From: an uncultured candidatus Porisulfidus sp. | GTDB lineage: Bacteria > Pseudomonadota > Gammaproteobacteria > Poriferisulfidales > Poriferisulfidaceae | Direction of reading: 5' to 3' | DNA length: 64,000 nucleotides | Assembly: GCA_965199755.1 (NCBI GenBank) | Contig: CBDASZ010000002.1 | Coordinates: forward strand, 1-64,000 | Shown here: one piece after another, positions 33,486 to 45,311 of the stretch | How positions within the stretch are numbered: the stretch's first letter is position 1 | Layout: every line of letters begins with the position of its first letter | Translations under genes and position numbers: made by a program | The notes under the pieces: model-generated | Seen by the model: the letters and a program-made list of their open reading frames with translations, nothing else | What the model was told of the DNA's origin: nothing | The model's database searches: none

Positions 33486-33908
33486 TTATTCCTCTTCCAG
33501 CGGCGGCCGCGTCAGCAAACTCAGTGAGGTGACGCCCGCCTCGTTCAAGCGGGCCACTGCGCCCACCACCTCGCCGTAAGGCAGGCGTGCGTCGGCGCGC
33601 AGATACAGCACGCTATCGCCTCCTTCCAGCATCATGGCTTCCACCAGCGATGGCAGATCGATTTCCTCGACCGCGCGTGAGAAAGCGCCTTCGCGAATCA
33701 GTCGAAAGGTACCGTCCTGATCCATTTCCAGCACCAGCGGCTCACGATATTCCGAGGTCTCGATCGGTTCCGATGGCGCGGCCGGCAATTCGATATTCAC
33801 GCCTTGCTGCATCAATGGCGTCGCGATCATGAAGATCAGCAGCAACACCAGCATGACATCGATATACGGCACGATGTTGATCTGTGCGATCTGGCGGCGG
33901 CGCGGCAT
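33486..33908 (-). CDS. tolR: TolR
   Basis: INIVPYIDVMLVLLLIFM, RAD..LPYG.V. Confidence 0.93.
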   Translation of the reverse strand: MPRRRQIAQINIVPYIDVMLVLLLIFMIATPLMQQGVNIELPAAPSEPIETSEYREPLVLEMDQDGTFRLIREGAFSRAVEEIDLPSLVEAMMLEGGDSVLYLRADARLPYGEVVGAVARLNEAGVTSLSLLTRPPLEEE

Positions 33909-33917
33909 GGCGGTGCC

Positions 33918-34604
33918 TCAGTTTGACGTCGGGCGAGTCAGCGTTTCGCGCTGTAACAACGCGGTGAACTCTTCAACGAAGGTGTCGTACCGCGTCAGCA
34001 GCTTGTCGACACGCTCCACATAATAGTTGTATCCAACGAGCGCCGGGATGGCGGCGAACAGGCCGAGCGCAGTCGCGATCAGCGCCTCGGAAATACCCGG
34101 CGCGATAGTCGCCAGCATGGAGGAGCCCTGCAGCGGATCCAGTGAATGGAAGGCATTGATGATGCCCCACACCGTGCCGAACAGACCGATATAAGGACTG
34201 ACCGAACCGATTGTCGCCAACATTGGCAGGTGCCGCTCCAGATATTCGGCCTGCTGCACCAGCAGCACTTTCATCTTGCGCACCGAGGTGTGACCAATCG
34301 CTTCGGGCGACAACTGGTTGCTCCGCGCCAGCTGCACGTACGCGCGAAATCCGGTGATAAAGGTCTCTTCCGGGATGGTGCGCACTTCGCTGGCGCGCAA
34401 TCTTTCGTACAGCGAGGTCAATTCGACGCCCTGCCAGAAGTTATCATCAAAGACGCGCAGCTCATCTTCCTGTGTGCGCATGACGCGCGACTTGTTGAAG
34501 ATGACGGCCCAGGACACCAGCGACGCGAGACCCAGCACCACCATGACGGCCTGCACCACCATGGAGGCCTGCGCAAACATGCCCCAGAAAGAAAACTCAT
34601 GCAT
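33918..34604 (-). CDS. tolQ: TolQ
   Basis: LATIGSVSPYIGLFGTVWGI, APGISEALIATALGLFAAIPA. Confidence 0.95.
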   Translation of the reverse strand: MHEFSFWGMFAQASMVVQAVMVVLGLASLVSWAVIFNKSRVMRTQEDELRVFDDNFWQGVELTSLYERLRASEVRTIPEETFITGFRAYVQLARSNQLSPEAIGHTSVRKMKVLLVQQAEYLERHLPMLATIGSVSPYIGLFGTVWGIINAFHSLDPLQGSSMLATIAPGISEALIATALGLFAAIPALVGYNYYVERVDKLLTRYDTFVEEFTALLQRETLTRPTSN

Positions 34605-34995
34605 TATTCACTGCTCCTGTGCGAATCGCTTCCGGCATCGTCGCCGGTCGCTCGGTTTCTGTATTCATGCAGGCGAGCCGCACCTCGGCCGTCGCCAGAC
34701 ACGTCTCATCACGCCAGACGGACTGCTCGAAATCCAGCGATGCCGGCCCACTGTCGCACAACTGTGTGCGCACCGCCAAAGCCTCATCCAGATGTCCGGG
34801 TTTCAGGTAGCGCACCTGCAACTCCCGCACCGCGAATGCCAGTTGTTGTTCCTGCTCAAGTTGCGCCAGCGAAAAGCCCAAAGCACGCAGCCATTCGGTC
34901 CGGCCCCGATCCAGATAGCGGATCAGAGACGCATGGTACAGCACCCCACCTGAGTCGGTGTCTTCGTAATACACCCGCACGGTGATGTCGCTCAT
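34597..34995 (-). CDS. ybgC: Tol-pal-associated acyl-CoA thioesterase
   Basis: [21 protein letters not shown]. Confidence 0.92.
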   Translation of the reverse strand: MSDITVRVYYEDTDSGGVLYHASLIRYLDRGRTEWLRALGFSLAQLEQEQQLAFAVRELQVRYLKPGHLDEALAVRTQLCDSGPASLDFEQSVWRDETCLATAEVRLACMNTETERPATMPEAIRTGAVNNA

Positions 34996-36029
34996 GAATC
35001 CTGCTTCGCTGACAGCGGCAACTGTCCGCTCTCTGAGGCCGGAATCTTCAAGTGCGCGCGCGCGTCATCGGTGATCACCCGACCGCGCGGCGTCCGCATC
35101 AGAAAGCCCATCTGAATCAGGTACGGCTCCACCACGTCCTCAAGCGTGCCACGTTCTTCATTGAGCGCCACCGAAAGGCTGTCAATCCCGACCGGCCCAC
35201 CGCGAAACTTGCTGATGATGGCGCGCAAATACGCCCGATCCAGTTCGTCAATGCCACATCGATCGACGTGCAGAAACTCCAGCGCCTGCTCCGCTAGCGC
35301 CGCGTTGATGCGCCCATCCGCGCGTACTTCGGCGTAATCCCGCACCCGCCGCAGCAGACGATTGGCAATTCGTGGCGTGCCGCGTGCGCGCCGCCCAATC
35401 TCCTCAGCCCCCGCATCATCCAGCACAATGTCGAGGATCTCCGCCGAACGTTTCACAATCTGCGCCAGATCTTCCGGCGCATAGAAATTCAACCGCCCCA
35501 GAATGCCAAAGCGCGACAGCAGCGGTGCAGTCAACAAGCCGGCTCGCGTGGTAGCACCGACCAGTGTGAAGTCTGGCAAGTCAATCTGAATGGAGCGTGC
35601 GGCCGCGCCCTCTCCGATCATCAGGTCAATCTGGCGATCCTCCAGCGCCGGGTAGAGAATTTCCTCAACCGCCGGCTGTAAACGATGAATCTCATCAATA
35701 AACAGCACGTCGCCGGGCTGCAAACTGGTCATAATCGCGGCCAGATCGCCGCCGCGCTCCAGCACCGGCCCGGAAGACTGCCGCAGTTGTCCTTCCATTT
35801 CATGCGCCACGATATGCGACAGTGTGGTCTTGCCAAGTCCAGGTGGCCCGAACACCAACACATGATCAAGTGCGCGTCGACGGCGGCGCGCCGCCTCGAT
35901 AAACACCCCCAGTTGCTCACGCAATTCGGCCTGACCGACAAATTCGTCCAGCCGCTTCGGGCGGACGCTGCGCTCTTGCGCCGCCTCGCCCACCGCCGCT
36001 TCGCGAGCCAGCAATCCAGGCTCACTCAT
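34992..36029 (-). CDS. ruvB: Holliday junction helicase RuvB
   Basis: [47 protein letters not shown]. Confidence 0.98.
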   Translation of the reverse strand: MSEPGLLAREAAVGEAAQERSVRPKRLDEFVGQAELREQLGVFIEAARRRRRALDHVLVFGPPGLGKTTLSHIVAHEMEGQLRQSSGPVLERGGDLAAIMTSLQPGDVLFIDEIHRLQPAVEEILYPALEDRQIDLMIGEGAAARSIQIDLPDFTLVGATTRAGLLTAPLLSRFGILGRLNFYAPEDLAQIVKRSAEILDIVLDDAGAEEIGRRARGTPRIANRLLRRVRDYAEVRADGRINAALAEQALEFLHVDRCGIDELDRAYLRAIISKFRGGPVGIDSLSVALNEERGTLEDVVEPYLIQMGFLMRTPRGRVITDDARAHLKIPASESGQLPLSAKQDS

Positions 36030-36604
36030 CGCATGCTCGCCTGCAAGGCGTGTCGAATAAGTTCTTCAGTGCTGTCGGCATCACCTTCCACGGCCGCCAC
36101 CATCCGCTGCGCTTCCGCCGGCTTCCAGCCCAATCCGATGAGCGCCTGCACCGCATCAGTGACCGGCGAGGGTTCTGCGGCATCCGCCTCCGCTGCCGTC
36201 CCCGTGTCAAGTTTGTCTCTCAATTCCAGCAACAGCCGTTGCGCGCTTTTCTTGCCAATGCCCGGTACCTGAGTCAGCGCCGCGACATCGCCATGCGCGA
36301 CATGATGGCGTAGGCGCGCCTCCGGCAGCACCGACAGAATCGCCAGCGCGGTCTTGGCTCCCACTCCTGAAATGCGCATCAACTGACAAAATATCTGGCG
36401 TTCTTCGGGTCCCGCGAATCCGTACAGGGTATGCGCATCCTCTCGAACAACCAGCAAGGTGTGCAGGATCACCTGATCGGTGTTTTGTGGCAGTTTATCA
36501 AATGCCGACATGGTCGCCAGCACCTGATAGCCAACACCATTCACTTCGATGTCCAGCTCCGGCGGTGCCCGGCGCGTCACTACCCCGCGCAAATAACTGA
36601 TCAT
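36026..36604 (-). CDS. ruvA: Holliday junction protein RuvA
   Basis: MISYLRG, GVGY, VREDA..LYGF, GVGAKTA, VPGIGKK.A.RL. Confidence 0.96.
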   Translation of the reverse strand: MISYLRGVVTRRAPPELDIEVNGVGYQVLATMSAFDKLPQNTDQVILHTLLVVREDAHTLYGFAGPEERQIFCQLMRISGVGAKTALAILSVLPEARLRHHVAHGDVAALTQVPGIGKKSAQRLLLELRDKLDTGTAAEADAAEPSPVTDAVQALIGLGWKPAEAQRMVAAVEGDADSTEELIRHALQASMR

Positions 36605-37098
36605 GCGGCGAACTCCTCCATATTCGTGCGCCGACTGTGCGCGTGACACAGCGCTAGTCCCAGCGCATCGGCTTCATCCGCTTGCGGCTCGGAAGTCAAA
36701 TTTAACAGACGCTGCACCATGAAATTGACCTGTTCCTTTTCGGCCTGCCCCTGTCCGGTGATATTGAGTTTCATGGTTCGCGGCGAATACTCAAACACCT
36801 CCAAGTCTTCCAGAGCGCAAGCACTGATCAGAGCACCGCGCGCCTGCCCCAACTTGAGCGCAATGCCACTGTTGAGCGCCACAAAAGAGGTCTCAATGGA
36901 GGCGCAATTCGGCTGATGCGCGCAAATCACACCGGTAAATTCCCGATGCAGAAATCCCAAACGCTGCGCCATCGTGCCCTTGGGCGGGCGAATCTGACCA
37001 CTGACAATATAGCGATGCCGATGACCGTCCGTTTCGATCACGCCGTAGCCGGTACAGCGCAAGCCCGGATCAATGCCCACAATGCGCAGCATACTCAC
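36601..37098 (-). CDS. ruvC: Crossover junction endodeoxyribonuclease
   Basis: GIDPG..TGYGVI, LKLGQARG, EYSP, DEADAL. Confidence 0.96.
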   Translation of the reverse strand: MSMLRIVGIDPGLRCTGYGVIETDGHRHRYIVSGQIRPPKGTMAQRLGFLHREFTGVICAHQPNCASIETSFVALNSGIALKLGQARGALISACALEDLEVFEYSPRTMKLNITGQGQAEKEQVNFMVQRLLNLTSEPQADEADALGLALCHAHSRRTNMEEFAA

Positions 37099-37832
37099 TC
37101 CTCGGCATCATCCGGCAGTTGCGCGTTCACGTAGACTTCCTGCACATCATCAAGTTCTTCCAGATGCTCAAGCAGGCGTTGCACACTCTCGGCCTGCGCA
37201 GCCTCCAGTTCCACCAGTGTCTGCGCGCGCATGGTGACCTCGGCATGATCGGCCGGCAGCGACGCCGCCCCCATAGACTCCTTGACAGATAGAAAATCCT
37301 GCGGCGGCACCAGTACTTCCAGCGACTCATCCTCGCGCATCTCCACATCTTCGGCTCCTGCCTCAATGGCCGCCTCCATCACCGCATCGGCATCAGTGCC
37401 GGGTGCGTACACCAACACGCCGGTCGCCTCAAACAGGTAGGTCACCGAGCCGCTGTTGCCGAGACTGCCGCCGTATTTAGTCAGCGCATGGCGAATCTCC
37501 GAAACCGTGCGGTTGCGGTTGTCGCTCAAGCAATCAATCAGCACCGCCACTCCACCCGGACCATAGCCTTCATAGCGGATCTCTTCGTAGTCGGCACCGT
37601 CCGCATCACCGCTGCCGCGCTTGATCGCGCGCGTCAGGGTGTCTTTGGGCATGTTGGCGGCCTGCGCCTTGTCCAGCGCCAGACGCAGCCGAGGATTATC
37701 TTCCGGGTTCGGGCCGCCGGTGCGCGCTGCCACCATCACTTCCCGAATCAGCTTCGAAAACAATTTGCCGCGCTTGGCATCCTGCCGCTTCTTGCGATGC
37801 TGGATGTTGGCCCATTTGCTGTGTCCTGCCAT
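37095..37832 (-). CDS. yebC: YebC/PmpR family protein
   Basis: MAGHSKWANI, YEGYGPGG, DNRNRT, DDVQEVY. Confidence 0.96.
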   Translation of the reverse strand: MAGHSKWANIQHRKKRQDAKRGKLFSKLIREVMVAARTGGPNPEDNPRLRLALDKAQAANMPKDTLTRAIKRGSGDADGADYEEIRYEGYGPGGVAVLIDCLSDNRNRTVSEIRHALTKYGGSLGNSGSVTYLFEATGVLVYAPGTDADAVMEAAIEAGAEDVEMREDESLEVLVPPQDFLSVKESMGAASLPADHAEVTMRAQTLVELEAAQAESVQRLLEHLEELDDVQEVYVNAQLPDDAEE

Positions 37833-37871
37833 GATCGCGCAACCGGAAAATGCGACTGCCGATGAATCTTA

Positions 37872-38324
37872 TCAATTCGCGCGTGACGGAACCGGCACCC
37901 AGTCCAAAATCGCCTGTCGATTGGTATAAGATGACGCTCGCCGCGCAGCATCCACGCGCGGCAGCCAGGTGTACTCCGCATGCTCCTCAGCATCCAGCAC
38001 TACCGGACAGACCGCCGCCACCGGCAGGCGAAAGACATGCTCCCGGTTATGCGTGACATCCGGGGCGTAACGCGCGCGAAAAATATCGTAGATCTCGAAC
38101 AGACAGCTGTCTTGGCAATCCTCGATTGCGCTTGGGTCCATTCCAGTTTCTTCCTGCACTTCGCGCCGCGCGGCCTCAATCGGCTCTTCCTCCCATTCCA
38201 GACTGCCAGTCACTGACTGCCAAAAGGTCGGCGGCTGATGCCGGCGCAACATCAGCACCTGGGCATCTTCCTCACTGTAAATCAGCACCAACACCGACTC
38301 CGGGCGCTTGTGCGAAGATGTCAT
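37872..38324 (-). CDS. nudB: Dihydroneopterin triphosphate diphosphatase (Nudix)
   Basis: [27 protein letters not shown]. Located between aspS and yebC. Confidence 0.92.
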   Translation of the reverse strand: MTSSHKRPESVLVLIYSEEDAQVLMLRRHQPPTFWQSVTGSLEWEEEPIEAARREVQEETGMDPSAIEDCQDSCLFEIYDIFRARYAPDVTHNREHVFRLPVAAVCPVVLDAEEHAEYTWLPRVDAARRASSYTNRQAILDWVPVPSRAN

Positions 38325-40096
38325 TGCAGCGGCTCCACACGCTTCAGGTGCAATTCGCGCAACTGCTCCCCTTCAACCTGTTCGGGCGCGCCCGTCAACA
38401 GGCAGTTGGCGGTCTGTGTTTTAGGGAAGGCGATCACATCGCGAATCGCCGACGCGCCACTCAACAGCATCAGCAGACGATCAAAGCCGAAGGCAATGCC
38501 GCCATGCGGCGGGCAGCCGTAGCGCAAGGCATCCAGAAAGAAGCCAAATTTGGCGTGCGCTTGTGCAGCGTCAATACCCAGCAGCTCAAAAACTGCTTCC
38601 TGCATTTCCGAATGATGAATACGGATGGACCCACCGCCGACTTCCACGCCATTGATCACCATGTCATAGGCGCGCGCCAGCACCGCGCCCGGATCCGAGC
38701 GCAACTGCGCGGCATCCTCAACCGCAGGTGCGGTGAATGGATGGTGCATGGCCTGCCAACGCTTGGTGCGGGGGTCCTGTTCAAACAGCGGGAAATCCAC
38801 AACCCACAGCGGCTGCCAGCCTTCGTCCAGCAAGGACATATCCTGCGCCAGTTGGGTGCGCAAAAAGGCCAGAGACTGATTGACTATATCGGCACGATCC
38901 GCGCCAAATACCAGCAAGTCGCCATCGGCCGCCTCGGTGCGCTGCAATATGCCGTCGATCGCATCATCCGGCAGGAACTTCAGAAACCCGGCCTGCAACC
39001 CTTCGCGGCCCTGCCCGACCTGATGACACTTGATATAAGCCATGCCCTTCGCGCCATAAGGCTTAAGCGCTTCGGTGTAGGCATTGATCTGTCCCAGACT
39101 CATGTCGGCCGCACCAGGAATGCGCATCGCGGCCACTCGGCAGCCATCGCGATTGGCCGGCTCACGAAAGACCTTGAACTCCACTTCCGTCAGCAGATCC
39201 GCCACATCCAGCAGTTCCAGTCCGCGAATGCGCAAGTCTGGCCGGTCGCTACCAAAACGGCGCACCGCCTCGGCGTAACTCATTTTGGGAAACTCCGGCA
39301 GGTTGAACCCCGCTGTCTCGAAAAGCGCTCGTACCAGCCCCTCCATTAACTCCAGAATCTGCTCCTCGCGCAGGAAACTCGTCTCAATGTCAATCTGCGT
39401 GAATTCTGGCTGGCGATCCTGGCGCGGGTCTTCGTCTCGAAAGCAGCGCACAATCTGATAATAGCGATCCACACCACCCATCATCAGCATCTGCTTGAAC
39501 AACTGCGGGGACTGCGGCAAGGCGAAAAACGAGCCGGCGTGTGTGCGGCTGGGCACCAAATATTCGCGTGCGCCCTCTGGAGTCGCGCGCGTCAACATCG
39601 GCGTCTCAACTTCAAGGAAGTTATGCGTGTCCAGGTACTGGCGCGTAGCCGCCGCCACCTCCGCGCGCAGGCGCAAACGCTCCTGCATCACTGTACGACG
39701 CAGCTCCATATAACGAAAACGCAAGCGATGATCCTCATGCACGTTGGGATCATCCAGTTGATACGGCGGGGTTTCCGCCGTGTTCAGAATCTCCAGTTGC
39801 TCACACACCACCTCCACAGCGCCAGTTGGCAGCGTCTCGTTGACGGTGCCTTCCGGGCGCTCGCGCACAAGACCGCAAACTCTCAGCACAAATTCACTGC
39901 GCACTTCTTCAGCGCGTGCAAACAAGTGCGTCTGTTCCGGATTGACCACCACCTGAACCACGCCAGTGTGATCCCGCAAATCAATAAAAATAATGCCACC
40001 ATGGTCGCGGCGGCGGTTGACCCAGCCGGACAGGAACAGTTGCGTGCCTATATGCGACTCGCGGACTGTGCCGCAATAACAGCGCGCATCACTCAT
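38321..40096 (-). CDS. aspS: Aspartyl-tRNA synthetase (probably non-discriminating)
   Basis: [49 protein letters not shown]. Confidence 0.98.
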   Translation of the reverse strand: MSDARCYCGTVRESHIGTQLFLSGWVNRRRDHGGIIFIDLRDHTGVVQVVVNPEQTHLFARAEEVRSEFVLRVCGLVRERPEGTVNETLPTGAVEVVCEQLEILNTAETPPYQLDDPNVHEDHRLRFRYMELRRTVMQERLRLRAEVAAATRQYLDTHNFLEVETPMLTRATPEGAREYLVPSRTHAGSFFALPQSPQLFKQMLMMGGVDRYYQIVRCFRDEDPRQDRQPEFTQIDIETSFLREEQILELMEGLVRALFETAGFNLPEFPKMSYAEAVRRFGSDRPDLRIRGLELLDVADLLTEVEFKVFREPANRDGCRVAAMRIPGAADMSLGQINAYTEALKPYGAKGMAYIKCHQVGQGREGLQAGFLKFLPDDAIDGILQRTEAADGDLLVFGADRADIVNQSLAFLRTQLAQDMSLLDEGWQPLWVVDFPLFEQDPRTKRWQAMHHPFTAPAVEDAAQLRSDPGAVLARAYDMVINGVEVGGGSIRIHHSEMQEAVFELLGIDAAQAHAKFGFFLDALRYGCPPHGGIAFGFDRLLMLLSGASAIRDVIAFPKTQTANCLLTGAPEQVEGEQLRELHLKRVEPLQ

Positions 40097-40270
40097 GGCG
40101 CGCTCCGCGTAACGGCCGCAGGCAGGCAACGGCGATCAATTCAGGTGCGGACATCAGGCGGCTCAGATGTGCTTGGAATGCGTATTGTGCAGCATCGCAC
40201 AGGCCTGCGTCTGTTCAAAGCCTTCGGCTTTCGCGTCATGCTCGCGAAAGCGCGCATCAGTGAGGAGCGC

Positions 40271-40639
40271 TTAGGGAGAGAACGAGGAGCCGCAACCGCA
40301 GGTGGTCGTGGCGTTGGGGTTGCGAATGACGAACTGCGCGCCTTCCAAGCCCTCGGTATAGTCGATTTCAGCACCGACCAGATACTGGAAGCTCATGGGG
40401 TCGATCAGCAGCGTTACGCCGCCGTTTTCGACCTCTGTGTCGCCTTCCTGAATGTTCTCGTCAAACGTAAAGCCGTACTGAAAGCCCGAGCAGCCTCCGC
40501 CGCTGACGAACACTCTCAGTTTGAGCGCGTCGTTGCGCTCTTCCTCGATCAGGCTTTTGACCTTGCCCGCGGCCGCGTCCGTGAAAATCAGCGGGGCCGC
40601 ATCGGCCATCGCGTCCGGCGCAATTGCAACATCAGTCAT
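40271..40639 (-). CDS. erpA: Iron-sulfur cluster insertion protein ErpA
   Basis: [27 protein letters not shown]. Confidence 0.95.
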   Translation of the reverse strand: MTDVAIAPDAMADAAPLIFTDAAAGKVKSLIEEERNDALKLRVFVSGGGCSGFQYGFTFDENIQEGDTEVENGGVTLLIDPMSFQYLVGAEIDYTEGLEGAQFVIRNPNATTTCGCGSSFSP

Positions 40640-41050
40640 GGTGTTTTCGGTGTTGTGGCAACTTTGTACCTGTCATTTTACCACGATGCGCAGTAGCAGG
40701 TGCAATTTTCATGCTCATTGCTGTGTGAGATGAAGACTTCACTCAAAGAACTGTGGATACTCGGTGGGCATACCTTTCCGAAGGTTTTTCTGGACTCTGC
40801 GTATTGATTCTGCCCAATTGCCAAGCAGAAATATTTTGGCCTCTAGCCAAGACCTTTTCTCGTTTTCCCTACACTTTCCCCAGTTAGAAATTTCTTTGTG
40901 AACGATCATAAGTAAATAAGTGGTGGAAACCCATCTTTGCCGTCTACCTTATCACACCCTAAATGCACAAAAACTCCCCAGACAAGACTTGAATGTACAT
41001 CACATTTTATCCTGCGTTAAACTGGGAGGTTGGACTTTTTGCACGCCGTC

Positions 41051-43861
41051 ATGGAAGAAATCAGAATCCGAGGAGCTCGCACGCACAATCTTGCGAACAT
41101 TGATCTCGTTTTGCCGCGTAATCGCCTGAGCGTGATCACCGGCCTTTCCGGCTCCGGCAAGTCCTCACTGGCATTCGACACCATTTTCGCGGAAGGCCAG
41201 CGGCGTTATGTGGAATCCCTGTCGGCCTACGCCCGGCAGTTCCTCACGCGCGTCGAGAAACCCGATGTAGACAGCATCGAGGGTTTGTCTCCGGCCATAT
41301 CCATTGAACAGAAAAGCGCCTCTCACAACCCGCGCTCAACCGTTGGAACTATCACTGAGATCCATGATTATCTGCGGCTAATGTATGCGCGCGCCGGCAT
41401 CCCGCGCTGCCCCACACACGGCCACGATCTGCAGGCGCAAACCGTCAGCGAGATGGTCGATCACGTCCGCGCCCTCCCTGAGGGACAGAAACTGCTGATC
41501 GTCGCGCCAGTCGTGCGCGACCGCAAAGGTCAACATCAGGATCTACTGCGCTCGCTGCTGACACAGGGCTTCCTGCGCGCGCGCATTGACGGCGAAGTGC
41601 GGGAACTGGGGGATCCGATCGAACTGGACCTGCGGCGCAAACACAACATTGATGTCGTGATCGATCGCGTCACCGTGCGCCCCGGCATTCGCAGCCGTCT
41701 GGCGGAATCCTTCGAGACCGCACTGCGGCTTGGGCATGGCGTCGCTTGCATCGCCGCAGCGGATGGCAGTGCTATTGACGCAACCTTCTCGAGCCAGTAC
41801 GCTTGCCCCGAATGCGGCTACAGTCTGGATGAGCTGGAGCCGCGTCTGTTCTCCTTCAACAGCCCGGTCGGTGCCTGCCCTGAGTGCGACGGACTGGGCA
41901 CTCAAACGTTTTTTGATGAATCCAAAGTCGTGCAGGCAGATCTGCCATTGAAGGCCGGCGCGATTCGCGGCTGGGACATGCGCAACACCGCTTACTTCGA
42001 TATGCTGAAAACCTTGTCGGAGCATTACAAGTTTTCACTAGATGTCCCATACACGGCGCTTCCTGAACGTGCCAAAAACGTGCTGATGCACGGTTCGGGA
42101 GACGATGTACTCAACTTCCATTACCGCAATCACAATGGCCGCCGCTTTCGCTCACGGCACGCCTTCGAGGGCGTCCTTTCCAGCATGAAGCGCCGCTTTC
42201 GCGACACCCAGTCCAGCGTGGTGCGCGATGAATTGTCACGCTATCTCAGCCACAGCGACTGTCCGAGTTGCAACGGCGAGCGGTTGAATCAAGCCGCGCG
42301 CCATGTGTTCGTCGCCGGCAAGAGCCTGCCGCAGTTGCAGCGCCAATCGATTGCTGACACTCTGGAATTTTTTGACACCCTCAAATTGGAAGGGCATCGC
42401 GCCAAAGTTGCCGAGAAAATCGTTGCCGAAGCGCGTCAGCGACTGCACTTTCTGGTCAATGTAGGGCTGGATTATCTGAGTCTGGAGCGCCGTGCGGAGA
42501 CCCTCTCCGGCGGCGAGGCGCAGCGCATCCGGCTGGCCAGTCAGGTCGGTTCTGGACTGGTCGGTGTGACCTACATTCTGGATGAGCCTTCCATTGGACT
42601 GCATCAGCGCGACAACAACCGGCTGCTGAGTACCCTCGCGCATCTTCGCGACATCGGCAACACGGTCATTGTGGTGGAACATGACGAGCAGGCCATGCGC
42701 CATGCGGATCATCTGATTGATATGGGTCCCGGGGCTGGTGTCCACGGTGGGCGCGTAGTCGCGCACGGCACTCTGGATAACATCATTGAGAACCCTGAAT
42801 CATTGACCGGACAGTATCTCTCCGGGGCGCGTAGCATTGAGATACCTACACAGCGCCAAAAAGTGGTCAAGGAGCAACGTCTGATTGTGCGCAATGCGCG
42901 CAGCAACAATCTGAAAAATCTGGACGTGGCGTTCCCGTTGGGCTTGCTGATCTGTATAACTGGTGTGTCCGGCTCCGGCAAATCAACACTGGTCAACGAC
43001 ACCCTGTTCGCCCAGATCGCGCAGCCGAAAGGCTGGCAGGAAGACGCCTGCGATGAAATTGAAGGCAGGGATCTGGTGGACAAGGTTATCCGCATTGACC
43101 AGAGTCCGATTGGACGCACTCCACGCTCCAACCCGGCCACCTATACAGGCTTGTTCGGTCCGGTACGCGAGTTATTCGCGCAGACTCAGGAAGCACGAGC
43201 GCGCGGCTACAAGCCAGGCCGCTTCAGTTTCAATGTGCGCGGTGGGCGCTGCGAGGCGTGCGAAGGTGATGGTGTCATTCGTGTGGAGATGCACTTCCTG
43301 CCGGATATTCATGTTCCGTGCGACATCTGCAGCAGACAGCGCTATAACCGCGAGACCCTTGACATTCGCTACAAGGGCAAGAATATCGCGGACGTGCTGG
43401 ACATGACGGTGGAGACTGCGCATGCGTTTTTTGAGCAGGTCCCACCGATTCGCCGCAAACTTGACACCCTGATGCAGGTTGGGTTGTCCTATATTCGTCT
43501 GGGCCAGAACGCGACCACCCTGTCGGGCGGTGAAGCGCAGCGTGTCAAGTTATCGCGCGAACTCTCTCGCCGCAGCACCGGCCAGACCCTATACATTCTT
43601 GACGAACCTACTACCGGATTGCATTTTCAGGACATTAAGATGCTGCTGCAGGTGCTGCACCGGCTGCGGGATCGCGGCAACACTGTGGTGGTCATCGAGC
43701 ACAATCTTGATGTGATCAAAACGGCGGACTGGGTGATTGATCTGGGCCCGGAAGGCGGTGCTGGTGGCGGGCGCGTGATCGCGCAAGGCACCCCAGAACA
43801 GGTTGCGAGCCGCAAACGCTCTTATACCGGACAGTTCCTGAAATCAGTGCTGCAGCCCTGA
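41051..43861 (+). CDS. uvrA: Excinuclease ABC subunit A
   Basis: [14 protein letters not shown], two LSGGEAQR motifs, zinc fingers, [10 protein letters not shown]. Confidence 0.99.
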   Translation: MEEIRIRGARTHNLANIDLVLPRNRLSVITGLSGSGKSSLAFDTIFAEGQRRYVESLSAYARQFLTRVEKPDVDSIEGLSPAISIEQKSASHNPRSTVGTITEIHDYLRLMYARAGIPRCPTHGHDLQAQTVSEMVDHVRALPEGQKLLIVAPVVRDRKGQHQDLLRSLLTQGFLRARIDGEVRELGDPIELDLRRKHNIDVVIDRVTVRPGIRSRLAESFETALRLGHGVACIAAADGSAIDATFSSQYACPECGYSLDELEPRLFSFNSPVGACPECDGLGTQTFFDESKVVQADLPLKAGAIRGWDMRNTAYFDMLKTLSEHYKFSLDVPYTALPERAKNVLMHGSGDDVLNFHYRNHNGRRFRSRHAFEGVLSSMKRRFRDTQSSVVRDELSRYLSHSDCPSCNGERLNQAARHVFVAGKSLPQLQRQSIADTLEFFDTLKLEGHRAKVAEKIVAEARQRLHFLVNVGLDYLSLERRAETLSGGEAQRIRLASQVGSGLVGVTYILDEPSIGLHQRDNNRLLSTLAHLRDIGNTVIVVEHDEQAMRHADHLIDMGPGAGVHGGRVVAHGTLDNIIENPESLTGQYLSGARSIEIPTQRQKVVKEQRLIVRNARSNNLKNLDVAFPLGLLICITGVSGSGKSTLVNDTLFAQIAQPKGWQEDACDEIEGRDLVDKVIRIDQSPIGRTPRSNPATYTGLFGPVRELFAQTQEARARGYKPGRFSFNVRGGRCEACEGDGVIRVEMHFLPDIHVPCDICSRQRYNRETLDIRYKGKNIADVLDMTVETAHAFFEQVPPIRRKLDTLMQVGLSYIRLGQNATTLSGGEAQRVKLSRELSRRSTGQTLYILDEPTTGLHFQDIKMLLQVLHRLRDRGNTVVVIEHNLDVIKTADWVIDLGPEGGAGGGRVIAQGTPEQVASRKRSYTGQFLKSVLQP

Positions 43862-43868
43862 TCGCTCC

Positions 43869-45311
43869 TCATTCACCAACAGCCTGCTTCGCCGCGCGCG
43901 ACTTCGGCAAATAAATTTCTGTCGCACTTCCGAGCATCACCTCACACGCCTGCGCCAGTGTCTCCGAATAAGTCGGATGCGGGTGAATAGTGCCGGCAAT
44001 ATCCTCCACCTCACACCCTTCCTCAATGGCAAGCGCGGCCTCCGCGATCAACTCCCCTGCATTCACGCCCACGACTGCGGCACCGATCATGCGGCGGGTT
44101 TGCGCATCGAATAACACCTTAGTCATGCCTTCCGTGCGCCCCACACCGACGGCGCGACCGCTCGCCGCCCATGGAAATACTCCGCGGTCGTACGCAATGC
44201 CTTCGGCTTTTGCTTCGCGCTCTGTCATTCCAACCCAGGCCACTTCCGGGTCCGTGTACGCCACCGACGGCACCACCCGCGCCTCGTAGGCTGATTTCTG
44301 CCCGGCTGCCACCTCAGCCGCTATGCGTCCCTGATAACTCGCGCGATGCGCCAGCATCGGCGCGCCGGTGACATCGCCAATAGCGAATATATGCGGAATA
44401 TTAGTTCGCAACTGATGGTTCACTGGAATCACACCATGCTCACCGACGGCGACTCCCGCGGCTTCCAGTCCCAGGTCGGCGCTATTCGCCGCACGGCCCA
44501 CTGCGACCAACACCGCGTCGAAGCATTGTTCTTCATCAGCCCCCTCGCTGTCGCGCCAACTCACGTGAATGCCTTCTTCGCTCGCACGCGCAGCGGTCAC
44601 TTGTGTCGACACCCGCACATTCGCAAAGCGCTTGGCGTTGTGTTTCATGTAACTGCGCACCACGTCCACATCGGCACCGCCCATCAACTGATCCAGCGCT
44701 TCGACCACGGTTACAGAGGAGCCAAATGCGCGCCAGACGGTCGCCAACTCCAGCCCCAGAATGCCGCCACCGACCACCAACAAGCGTTCAGGAACTTCGC
44801 CCAGATCCAGTACGTCGGTTGAATCCAGCACCCGAACGTCATCCGGGAACAAGTCCAGTGCAATCGGCCGCGAGCCACTCGCGATAATGGCCTGCGCGAA
44901 CTCCTGCTCCTGCGTACCTTCTTCGGTTTCGACAGCCACGGCACGTGCGGAGACGAATCGCGCCCGCCCAGTGCACACCTCCACACCGCGACGCTGCGCC
45001 AGTTGTCCTAGTCCATCTGATAACTGCTGGATGCTTTGATCTTTCCATGCCTGCAAAGCGTCAAGTTCGATACGCGGTGCGTCGAACACCACTCCGCGCG
45101 AACGCCAGGCTTCCGCATCCTCGATCAGTTCTGCCGCGTGCAGCAAACTTTTTGAAGGGATGCAACCGACATTCAGGCATACTCCGCCAAGACACGGGAA
45201 CCGTTCAATTATGGTCACGTTCAGGCCTAGATCAGCGGCGCGAAACGCCGCGTTATAGCCTCCGGGCCCGCCGCCGATTACTATGAGGCGGGATGATTTC
45301 TCCTCACTCAT
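43869..45311 (-). CDS. lpdA: Dihydrolipoamide dehydrogenase (E3)
   Basis: GGGPGG, GGVCLNVGCIPSK, GGGILGLE, HPHPT.SE. Confidence 0.96.
   Translation of the reverse strand: MSEEKSSRLIVIGGGPGGYNAAFRAADLGLNVTIIERFPCLGGVCLNVGCIPSKSLLHAAELIEDAEAWRSRGVVFDAPRIELDALQAWKDQSIQQLSDGLGQLAQRRGVEVCTGRARFVSARAVAVETEEGTQEQEFAQAIIASGSRPIALDLFPDDVRVLDSTDVLDLGEVPERLLVVGGGILGLELATVWRAFGSSVTVVEALDQLMGGADVDVVRSYMKHNAKRFANVRVSTQVTAARASEEGIHVSWRDSEGADEEQCFDAVLVAVGRAANSADLGLEAAGVAVGEHGVIPVNHQLRTNIPHIFAIGDVTGAPMLAHRASYQGRIAAEVAAGQKSAYEARVVPSVAYTDPEVAWVGMTEREAKAEGIAYDRGVFPWAASGRAVGVGRTEGMTKVLFDAQTRRMIGAAVVGVNAGELIAEAALAIEEGCEVEDIAGTIHPHPTYSETLAQACEVMLGSATEIYLPKSRAAKQAVGE

Noticed and set aside
38126-40696. Long antisense ORFs (407 and 385 aa) opposite aspS/erpA, and similar ones elsewhere
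   Set aside because: Typical stop-poor antisense frames of GC-rich genes, with no protein motifs.
40640-41050. LexA box or small gene in the erpA-uvrA spacer
   Set aside because: No convincing CTG-N10-CAG site and no credible ORF seen.
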